DNA of 64,000 bases, taken from Elusimicrobia bacterium GWC2_64_44. GTDB lineage: Bacteria; Elusimicrobiota; Elusimicrobia; Elusimicrobiales; UBA9959. Below, in pieces: positions 9,167 to 16,899 of this stretch. Below the pieces are notes generated by a model. The model ran no database searches, had not been told where the DNA came from, and worked only from the letters and a program-made list of their open reading frames with translations. The position numbers and the translations under genes are program-made. Every line of letters starts with the position of its first letter. The stretch's first letter is position 1. The stretch spans positions 2,075 to 66,074 of the forward strand of contig MGUG01000052.1 of NCBI GenBank assembly GCA_001799845.1. Reading direction: 5' to 3'.

Positions 9167-10261
9167 ATGAAACCCACCGCCGAAACCTGCGGCCTGCTGC
9201 TGGACGCCGTCGAGCAGACCTGCGAGACTTTCTTCCTTACCTCGGCGGACGGCACCATCGTTTACGTCAACCCGGCCTTCGAGGCCCTCACCGGCTACAA
9301 GCGCAGGGAAGTGATCGGCAAGAACGCCAGCATCCTCAAGAGCGGCCAGCATCCCCCCGAGTTCTACAAGGATATGTGGGGCACCATCGCTTCCGGCCGG
9401 CGCTGGAGCGGCCGCCTGACCAACCGCCGCAAGGACGGCACCTTCTACACCGAAGAGGTCCGCATCTGCCCCATCTGCGGCCACGACGGCAAGCCCACCC
9501 ATTTCCTGGCCCTGCGCCACGACATCGCCCGCGAAACCCAGCTTGAAGACCAGCTGACGCAGGCGCAGAAGATGGAGTCGCTAGGCCTCCTGGCCGGCCA
9601 GCTCTCCCACGATTTCAACAACCTGCTTACCGTCATCATCGGCTCCATGGAACTCATCATCGAGGAGCTGAAGCAGGGCTCCATCGGCCAGAAGCTCTCC
9701 ACCGAGATCCTGCGCTCCTCCAAGGAATCCGCCGGGCTCATAAAGCAGCTGATGATGTTCGCCCGCAAGCACGACCTGCGCCCCGTGGAAGTGTCGCTGA
9801 ACGAACCGCTCGGCGAACTGAAGGTCCTGCTCGACAACCTGATCGGCAAGAGCGTCTCCATGGCCTACTCCCTCGACGAGGACCTGCTCAAGGTAAAGAT
9901 AGAGCCGGAGCATTTCAAGCAGGCGGTCATGAACCTCGCCGTCAACGCCAAGGACGCCATGGGCGGCAAGGGCGGCATACTGATAAAGACCTTCAACGCG
10001 GGCCCCGACGGGCTGCCCCCTTCCCTGGCGCGGGGACAGTACGCCGTCTTCGAGCTTTCCGACACCGGCCCAGGCATCCCCAAAGAGATACTGCCGCGCA
10101 TCTTCGAACCGTTCTTCACCACCAAGCCCAAGGGCAAGGGGACCGGCCTGGGGCTCTCCACCGTCTACGGCGTGGTCCGCCAGAACGGCGGGCAGGTCTT
10201 CGCCTCCAACCGCCACAGCGGCGGCGCCGCGTTCACCATCTACTTCCCCGCGGTAAAATAA
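9167..10261 (+). CDS. cytoplasmic PAS sensor histidine kinase
   Basis: PAS (YVNPAF..TGY...EVIGKN), H-box SHDFNNLL, N-box, DTGPG, FEPFFTTK, GTGLGL. Confidence 0.92.
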   Translation: MKPTAETCGLLLDAVEQTCETFFLTSADGTIVYVNPAFEALTGYKRREVIGKNASILKSGQHPPEFYKDMWGTIASGRRWSGRLTNRRKDGTFYTEEVRICPICGHDGKPTHFLALRHDIARETQLEDQLTQAQKMESLGLLAGQLSHDFNNLLTVIIGSMELIIEELKQGSIGQKLSTEILRSSKESAGLIKQLMMFARKHDLRPVEVSLNEPLGELKVLLDNLIGKSVSMAYSLDEDLLKVKIEPEHFKQAVMNLAVNAKDAMGGKGGILIKTFNAGPDGLPPSLARGQYAVFELSDTGPGIPKEILPRIFEPFFTTKPKGKGTGLGLSTVYGVVRQNGGQVFASNRHSGGAAFTIYFPAVK

Positions 10262-10266
10262 CAGCT

Positions 10267-12429
10267 TCAGTGCCTGAAGTGCCTCACGCCGGTGAGCACC
10301 ATCGCCGCGCCCAGTTTATCCGCGGCCTCTATAACTTCTTTGTCCTTTACCGAGCCTCCCGGCTGTATTATGGCCGTGGCGCCCAGCTTCACGCCCTCTT
10401 CCATAGCGTCCGGGAAAGGGAAGAAGGCGTCGGAGGCCATGACCAGCGTCTTCGGCGCGGGATTGTCCTTCAGGAAGGCCCTGTACTTGTGGCCGGCCAT
10501 GAAAACCGAGTCCACGCGCGACATCTGGCCCGCCCCGATGGCGACGGTCTGGCGGGTATCCGAGAAAACTATGGCGTTGGAGCGCACGTACTTGGCGGCG
10601 GCCCAGGCGAAGCGCAGGGCCTCTTCTTCTTCCCTGGTGGGTTTGCGTTTCGTGGGCACTTCCCACTTCTCGCCGAACAGCAGTTTATCGTCGGTGCTGA
10701 CCAGCACCTCGTCGCCCACTGAGCGCAGCACCAGGTTATCCGCCGGGAAACTCCCCCACTTGAGCAGCCGCAGGTTCGTCTTCTTCGAGAAGACCTCCAG
10801 CGCTTTGGGATCGTAGGCCGGAGCGCAGATGACTTCCACGAACTTCTTGGCGAGGAATTCCGCGATGCGCCCGTCGAGCGGGCGGTTGACGGCGATGATG
10901 CCGCCGAAGGCCGAAAGCGGGTCGCAGGTCCAGGCCCGCTCGAAGGCCTCGGCTATATCGGCCCCGGTGCCGAGGCCGCAAGGCGTGACGTGCTTGAAGA
11001 TCACGGCCGCGGGCTTGTCGAACTCCAGCACCGCCTGGTAAGTGCCGTAGGCGTCGAGGAGGTTATTGTACGAGAGCTCTTTGCCCTGCAGCTGGGTGAA
11101 CGGCGGCGCGGCTTTGCGCGTGTAGAGGGCGCAGGCCTGGTGGGGATTCTCGCCGTAGCGCAGGGGGGCCACTTTCGTGAGCTTTATCTCCAGCGCGGCC
11201 GGGAACTGCCCGGCGCCCCCGGCCAGCACGGAGCCTATTTCCCCGTCGTAGGCGGCGGTGTGCCTGAAGGCTTTGACCGCCAGGTCCTTCTTGAACTGCA
11301 GCGGCAGTTCCCCCGCGCCCGCGCGCAGGGCCTCCAGCGCCGGCTGGTAATCGGCCGGGGACGTGAGCACCGCGACGGAACCGTAATTTTTGGCCGCGGC
11401 GCGTATCAGGGCCACGCCGCCGATGTCTATGTTCTCTATCAGCTCCTCGGACCAGGGCGCGGCCTTTTTGGCGGTAGCGGAGAAAGGGTAGAGGTTCACT
11501 ACTATCATGTCCAGCGGCTCGATGCCGAATTTAAATACGGTGTCGGCGTGAACGGGGTTGTCCCGGCGGTAGAGGATGCCGCCGTGGACCGCGGGGTGCA
11601 GGGTTTTAACGCGGCCGTCCAGCATTTCGGGGAAGCCGGTTAGGGTTTCCAGCGCGCGCACGGGCACGCCGGCGTCCTGCAGGGCCTTGTATGTGCCGGA
11701 GGTGGAGACCAGCTCCACGCCCTGCGCGGCCAGGCCCCGCGCGAACTCCAGCAGGCCGGTCTTGTCGGAGACGGACAGCAGGGCGCGGCGCACTTTGCCG
11801 GTTTCGGGGAGCGGTCCGGCTATTTCCACGCGGCCGGAGGCGATAGTCAGCCTGCCGGCGCAGTAGAGGGCCACGGCCCTGGGGTAGACTGCCAGCTCGG
11901 CTGTGTTGACCCGGTGTGCGAGGGTTTCGGGGGTGTCGCCGGGCAGCACGGGGACCGGCTGCTGCAGCACGATGGGGCCGCGGTCGTAGTTCTCGTCGAC
12001 GAAGTGGACGGTGGGGCCGCTGACCCTGGCGCCGGCCGCCAGGACGGCTTCGTGGACTTTCATGCCGTAAAAGCCTTTGCCGCCGAAGGAGGGCAGCAGG
12101 GCGGGATGGACGTTGAGGATGCGGTCTTTGTATTCGGCGAGCATTTTGGGGCCGAGTTTAAGCATGAAGCCGGCGAGGCAGACGAGGTCGGCCCGGGCGC
12201 CGCGGCACAGGGCGGCGAGGCGCTCGTCGTAGTCGGCGGGGGCGAGGTCTTTGGGGGAGGCGGTTTCCGTGGGGATGCCGGCCGAGGCTGCGCGCGAGAG
12301 GGCGCCGGCGCCGGGCTTGCTGGAGACTACGAGGGCTATCTTGCCGTCTATGCGGCCGTCCCTGGCCGCGTCGATGAGTGCCTGGAGATTGGTGCCGCCT
12401 CCCGAAGCGAATACGACGATATTTTTCAT
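10267..12429 (-). CDS. purN-purH: PurN-PurH fusion: GAR transformylase plus AICAR transformylase/IMP cyclohydrolase
   Basis: N-terminal ~200 aa FASGGGTNLQA, LAGFM, NVHPALLP (PurN); then ALLSVSDKTG, GRVKTLHP, LRYGENPHQ, SDAFFPF, QPGGS, RHFRH (PurH). Confidence 0.93.
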   Translation of the reverse strand: MKNIVVFASGGGTNLQALIDAARDGRIDGKIALVVSSKPGAGALSRAASAGIPTETASPKDLAPADYDERLAALCRGARADLVCLAGFMLKLGPKMLAEYKDRILNVHPALLPSFGGKGFYGMKVHEAVLAAGARVSGPTVHFVDENYDRGPIVLQQPVPVLPGDTPETLAHRVNTAELAVYPRAVALYCAGRLTIASGRVEIAGPLPETGKVRRALLSVSDKTGLLEFARGLAAQGVELVSTSGTYKALQDAGVPVRALETLTGFPEMLDGRVKTLHPAVHGGILYRRDNPVHADTVFKFGIEPLDMIVVNLYPFSATAKKAAPWSEELIENIDIGGVALIRAAAKNYGSVAVLTSPADYQPALEALRAGAGELPLQFKKDLAVKAFRHTAAYDGEIGSVLAGGAGQFPAALEIKLTKVAPLRYGENPHQACALYTRKAAPPFTQLQGKELSYNNLLDAYGTYQAVLEFDKPAAVIFKHVTPCGLGTGADIAEAFERAWTCDPLSAFGGIIAVNRPLDGRIAEFLAKKFVEVICAPAYDPKALEVFSKKTNLRLLKWGSFPADNLVLRSVGDEVLVSTDDKLLFGEKWEVPTKRKPTREEEEALRFAWAAAKYVRSNAIVFSDTRQTVAIGAGQMSRVDSVFMAGHKYRAFLKDNPAPKTLVMASDAFFPFPDAMEEGVKLGATAIIQPGGSVKDKEVIEAADKLGAAMVLTGVRHFRH

Positions 12430-12445
12430 AAGTCTCCTCGAATTC

Positions 12446-12571
12446 GGGCGCCCGGGGTAAGACCCCTCTCACCCGGACTGCAGGGAACCGTTGCGCGGTT
12501 CCCCCCGCCTTGGGAATTTATGGCGGGGCCCCCTTCCCCAACGGGTGCTCGGGATCTTACCCCGGGCACCC
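12446..12571 (-). ncRNA. candidate structured RNA element of unknown family
   Basis: 21-bp closing stem (two G-U pairs on minus strand only), 3x3 G/A internal loop, 6-bp stem, two inner hairpins, possible pseudoknot. Confidence 0.55.
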
Positions 12572-12581
12572 TTCAGCCACA

Positions 12582-13550
12582 CTATTTCAAAATGACTTCG
12601 TTCTTGCCTTTTACGACTTCGCCGATGACGACCGAGCCTTTCAGGGTTTTGAGGGCGGTCTGGACGGCGGCGGGGCGGAGGACGGCTATCATGCCGAGGC
12701 CCATGTTGAAGGAGTCCCACATGTCGGGCTCGGGGATCTTGCCGATAGCCTGGAGTTCGCGCATTATCGACGGGACTGCCCACGCGTCGGTGCGCACGAC
12801 GGCGCCGAGGTGCTTGGGAAGGACGCGGGGAAGGTTGCCGGGGATGCCGGAGCCGGTGATGTGGGCCAGGGCGAGCAACTCGTGTTTTTGCTTTTTGAGG
12901 GCGGCGCGCAGCTTGTTGACGTCCTTGACGTAGATCCTGGTCGGGGTGAGCAGGCGCGGGGCGAATTTTTTGAGCAGCTTTTTGTCGCCCAGGACTTTGC
13001 GGATGAGGGAGAAGCCGTTGGAGTGGAAGCCGGTGGACGGCAGGCCCACCAGGACGTCGCCGGCGCGGACTTTGCGGCCGTCCAGCGCTTCGGCGTTCTT
13101 GACTATGCCGACGGAGAAGCCGGCGAGGTCGTACTCGCCGGGCTGGTAGAAGCCGGGCATTTCGGCGGTCTCGCCGCCCAGCAGTACGGATTCTCCCTGG
13201 CGGCAGCCTTCCATGATGCCGTCGATGATCTTTTTAGAGCGGGCCAGGTCCAGCTTGCCGGTGGCGTAGTAGTCGAGGAAGATCATGGGGCGGGCGCCGC
13301 AGCAGAGCAGGTCGTTGACGCACATGGCCACCAGGTCTATGCCTATGGTATCGTGCCGGTCGAGCAGGAAGGCGAGCTTGAGCTTGGTGCCCACGCCGTC
13401 GGTGGAGGCGACCAGGCTGTACTTGTTCTTCAGCTCGGGGACCGGGAGCAGCCCGGCGAAGCCGCCGATGGCCTTGGATTTTTTCTCGAGGAACTCGGTA
13501 AATTTGTCCGCCAGCTTTATATCGACGCCGCTCTTCTTGTAGGTGGTCAT
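12582..13550 (-). CDS. purM: AIR synthetase
   Basis: YKKSGVDI, STDGVGTK, DLVAMCVND, GGETAEMP, GFHSNGFSL, HITG, FNMG. Confidence 0.95.
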   Translation of the reverse strand: MTTYKKSGVDIKLADKFTEFLEKKSKAIGGFAGLLPVPELKNKYSLVASTDGVGTKLKLAFLLDRHDTIGIDLVAMCVNDLLCCGARPMIFLDYYATGKLDLARSKKIIDGIMEGCRQGESVLLGGETAEMPGFYQPGEYDLAGFSVGIVKNAEALDGRKVRAGDVLVGLPSTGFHSNGFSLIRKVLGDKKLLKKFAPRLLTPTRIYVKDVNKLRAALKKQKHELLALAHITGSGIPGNLPRVLPKHLGAVVRTDAWAVPSIMRELQAIGKIPEPDMWDSFNMGLGMIAVLRPAAVQTALKTLKGSVVIGEVVKGKNEVILK

Positions 13551-13561
13551 GGTTTCTCCTG

Positions 13562-14812
13562 TTAAAGCCCTATGTCCTTTCTGTACTGCATGCCTTCGAA
13601 AGAGATCCTCTCCAGGGCCGCGTAGGCCCGCTGCCTGGCGGCCTTCAGGTCCTTGCCGCAGGCGCTGACGGAGAGCACGCGCCCGCCGGCGGTGAAGTAC
13701 GCGTCGTCCTTTTTGGCCGTGCCGGCGTGAAAGACCTGGGCGGCGACCGCCGGGCCGGCGAGGCCCTTTATCGGCTTACCGCTTTCAGGCGCGTCAGGGT
13801 AGCCGCCCGAGGCGACCACGATGGACACGCAGGTTTCGCCCGTAAGTTCCAGCTCCCGCCCGGCCAGCTTCCCGCCCGCGCAGGCCAGCAGCAGCGGCAG
13901 CAGGTCGGACTTTATTACCGGCAGGATGGCCTGGGTTTCCGGGTCGCCGAAGCGCACATTGAATTCCAGGACCTTGGGGCCCTGCGCCGTTAGCATTATC
14001 CCGGCGTAGATCAGGCCGCGGAAGTCCAGGTTTTCCTTCTTAACCCCCGCCACGAAGCGCGCCAGCACCTCCCGCTCTATGACCGCCATGTCCTCCGCCG
14101 GCAGCGTCACCGGGCACACGGCGCCCATGCCGCCGGTATTGGGGCCCTTATTGCCGTCGAGCAGGCGCTTGTGGTCGCGGGACACAGGCAGCGCCAGGTA
14201 AGTCTCGCCGTCGACGAAGGCCATTACCGAAGCCTCCACGCCGGGCAGGAACTCCTCCAGCACCACCTTGGCCCCGGCCGCGCCGAAGACGCGCTTCTCC
14301 ATGAAATCTTCCACGGCTGCCAGCGCCTCGGCCTCGCTGCAGCAGATGCGCACGCCTTTGCCCGCCGCCAGCCCGTCGGCCTTCACCACTACCGGGTACT
14401 GCTTATTCTCTTTGATCTTCTCGCGGGCGAAACCGGCGGAATGCAGCACCGTAAAGGCCGCGGTGGGCAGCCCGTTACGCTCCATGAATTCCTTGGCCGC
14501 CTGCTTGGAAGCCTCCAGCATGGCCCCCTTCTGGGACGGCCCGAAGACTTTCACGCCGCGGCGGGTCAGGAAGTCCGTCAGACCGCGCGCGAGCGGCGCC
14601 TCTGGCCCTATCACTACGAGGTCTATCTTTTTTTCAAGGCAGAAAGCGCAGACCTTGTCGAAATCTTCCCAGCGCAGCGGCGGGCGCTCCGCCAGCTGCC
14701 CTAGCCCGTCGGAGCCGGGCACGGCGTAGAGCTTGCCCAACAGCGGGCTCTGCTTCAGTTTCCAGGCCAGCGCGTGCTCGCGGCCGCCGGAGCCGATAAG
14801 CAGTACGTTCAC
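13562..14812 (-). CDS. purD: phosphoribosylamine-glycine ligase
   Basis: IGSGGREHAL, KADGLAAGKGV, GPNTGGMGA, EFNVRFGDPE, YRKDIG. Confidence 0.95.
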   Translation of the reverse strand: MNVLLIGSGGREHALAWKLKQSPLLGKLYAVPGSDGLGQLAERPPLRWEDFDKVCAFCLEKKIDLVVIGPEAPLARGLTDFLTRRGVKVFGPSQKGAMLEASKQAAKEFMERNGLPTAAFTVLHSAGFAREKIKENKQYPVVVKADGLAAGKGVRICCSEAEALAAVEDFMEKRVFGAAGAKVVLEEFLPGVEASVMAFVDGETYLALPVSRDHKRLLDGNKGPNTGGMGAVCPVTLPAEDMAVIEREVLARFVAGVKKENLDFRGLIYAGIMLTAQGPKVLEFNVRFGDPETQAILPVIKSDLLPLLLACAGGKLAGRELELTGETCVSIVVASGGYPDAPESGKPIKGLAGPAVAAQVFHAGTAKKDDAYFTAGGRVLSVSACGKDLKAARQRAYAALERISFEGMQYRKDIGL

Positions 14813-16152
14813 AGCGCCTCCTGGTATTTGCCCGTGAAGCAGGAGACGCAGAAATTCCTGTCCTTGCCGCGGCCGCAGGCGCCCACCAGGCTTTCGAGGC
14901 TCAGGTAATGCAGCTCGTCGGCGCCGATATAGCGGCGGATCTGCTCAACGCTGAGCTTGTTGGCGATCAGCTCGTTCTTGTTAGGGGTGTCTATGCCGAA
15001 ATAGCAGGGCGAGATGATGGCCGGCGAGGCGATGGCCATGATGACCTTCTTCGCGCCGGACTTTTTAAGGCTGGCCACTATCTTGCGCGAGGTGGTGCCG
15101 CGCACCAGCGAGTCGTCTATCAGTATGATCGTCTTGCCTTTGATCACGTCGCGGATGGGCGCCAGCTTCAGCCGGGCGGTGAATTCGCGCAGGCTCTGGT
15201 CGGGCTGTATGAAGGAGCGCCCGGTGTAATGGTTGCGCATGAAGACGGTCTGGTAAGGGATCCAGGATTCTTCGGAGTAGCCCAGGGCGTAGACGGTGCC
15301 GGAGTCCGGCACGCCGGAGACGATGTCCGCCTTGACGCCCTTGAGCTCCCTGGCCAGCAGGGCGCCGATCTCGTAGCGCACGGTCTGCACCGAGCGCCCG
15401 GCCACCACGGAGTCGGGCCGCGCGAAATAGACCTGTTCGAAGATGCAGCGCGTGAATGCCTTGGCCTTGGCGAAGCGCCTGGACCGCAGTTCCCCCCCGG
15501 CGATGGTCACCATCTCGCCGGGCTCAACCTCGCGCAGCACCTTGCCGCCGGCCACTTCAATGGCGCAGGTCTCGGAAGCGAGCAGGTAGGACTTGCCGAG
15601 CTTGCCCAGCACCAGCGGCCTGTAGCCGTGCGGGTCGCGCGCGCCTATCACCAGGCCGGGCGCCATGAACAGGAAGGCGTAAGCCCCGGCCAGCTTGGGC
15701 AGGTTCCTGGCCAGCGTATCCTCCAGGCCGCGGCCCGGGCAGCGGGCCGCCAGGTGCAGGATAACTTCGCTGTCGCTCGAAGACTGGAAGATGGCCCCGT
15801 TCTTCTGGAGCTTCGCCTTCAGCGCGTCGGCGTTGGTGAGGTTGCCGTTATGCGCCACGGCCACAGCCCCCAGGCAGGAGTTCAGCACCAGCGGCTGGGC
15901 GTTCTTGATGTGGCTGGAGCCGGTGGTAGAGTAGCGGATATGGCCGATGGCGCTGCGGCCCTTGAGCCCGGCCAGCACCTCGTTGCCGAAGACTTCGTTC
16001 ACCAGGCCCATGCCAACGTGATGGCGGAGCGCTCCCCCGTCGTCGGTCACCAGGCCCGCGGACTCCTGGCCGCGGTGCTGCAGCGTGAACAGGCCTACGT
16101 AGGACAGTTTCGCGGCGTCTTTATTGTCGGTTATGCCGAATATTCCGCACAT
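14809..16152 (-). CDS. purF: amidophosphoribosyltransferase, Fe-S type
   Basis: MCGIFG, LQHRGQESAG, HIRYST, DDSLVRGTT, Fe-S cysteines (RCIFE, PCYFG, FCVSC). Confidence 0.95.
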   Translation of the reverse strand: MCGIFGITDNKDAAKLSYVGLFTLQHRGQESAGLVTDDGGALRHHVGMGLVNEVFGNEVLAGLKGRSAIGHIRYSTTGSSHIKNAQPLVLNSCLGAVAVAHNGNLTNADALKAKLQKNGAIFQSSSDSEVILHLAARCPGRGLEDTLARNLPKLAGAYAFLFMAPGLVIGARDPHGYRPLVLGKLGKSYLLASETCAIEVAGGKVLREVEPGEMVTIAGGELRSRRFAKAKAFTRCIFEQVYFARPDSVVAGRSVQTVRYEIGALLARELKGVKADIVSGVPDSGTVYALGYSEESWIPYQTVFMRNHYTGRSFIQPDQSLREFTARLKLAPIRDVIKGKTIILIDDSLVRGTTSRKIVASLKKSGAKKVIMAIASPAIISPCYFGIDTPNKNELIANKLSVEQIRRYIGADELHYLSLESLVGACGRGKDRNFCVSCFTGKYQEAL

Positions 16153-16155
16153 GGT

Positions 16156-16899
16156 TTACCTCGTGTATTCTACGGCGTTCTTGAAGAATTGGAAGCCGGC
16201 GGCTTCGGTCTCGCGCGCCGCGGCAGGCCGGTCCGGGTTCTGCCAGGCGAAGAAGTTGCGCTCGGGGTGCGGCATCAGCCCGAAGCAGGTGCCCGCCGGG
16301 TTGGTCACGCCGGCGATGTCCAGCATTGACCCGTTGGGGTTCTCGCAGTAGGTCAGGGCGTGCAGGTTGCCGTCAGTGATGGCCGCCAGCTCTTTCTTAT
16401 CCTCTACGATGAATTTGCCCTCGCCGTGGGCTATCGGCAGTTCTATCTCTTCGGGCAGGCCCCTGGTGAAGATGCAGGGGCTGTTCTTGTTGACCTTGAG
16501 CTTCGCCCACTTGGCGATGAAGTGCCCGCAATCGTTGGTGTAGAGCGTGGAGACCTGGGAGTTCGCCTTGTTCTCGGGCAGGAACCCGGTCTTCACCAGG
16601 ATCTGGAAGCCGTTGCAGATGCCTATCACCGGGCGGCGGCCCTTGATGAACTTTTCGAAATCCCCGGCGAGCTGCCGCATCTTGACCGCGTAGATCTTGC
16701 CGGCGGAGATGTCGTCGCCGTAGGAGAACCCGCCCGGGAAGGCCATGATATCGTAGTCCAGGACCTTGCGCCCGCCGGAGAGCAGCTGGTTGATATGCAC
16801 CAGCTCCGGCTCCGCGCCGACGTATTTGAAAGAGTTGAAGGTCTCGATGTCGCAGTTGGTGGCGGTGCCGCGCAGGATTATCGCCTTGGGTTTTTTCAT
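16156..16899 (-). CDS. purQ: FGAM synthase glutaminase subunit
   Basis: PGGFSYGD, GICNGFQIL, AHGEG, MPHPER. Confidence 0.95.
   Translation of the reverse strand: MKKPKAIILRGTATNCDIETFNSFKYVGAEPELVHINQLLSGGRKVLDYDIMAFPGGFSYGDDISAGKIYAVKMRQLAGDFEKFIKGRRPVIGICNGFQILVKTGFLPENKANSQVSTLYTNDCGHFIAKWAKLKVNKNSPCIFTRGLPEEIELPIAHGEGKFIVEDKKELAAITDGNLHALTYCENPNGSMLDIAGVTNPAGTCFGLMPHPERNFFAWQNPDRPAAARETEAAGFQFFKNAVEYTR

Noticed and set aside
12430-12581. ZTP (pfl) riboswitch in front of purH
   Set aside because: The context fits, but the characteristic ACUGGCG and CGCCUGGGC elements are absent; reported instead as an unknown RNA
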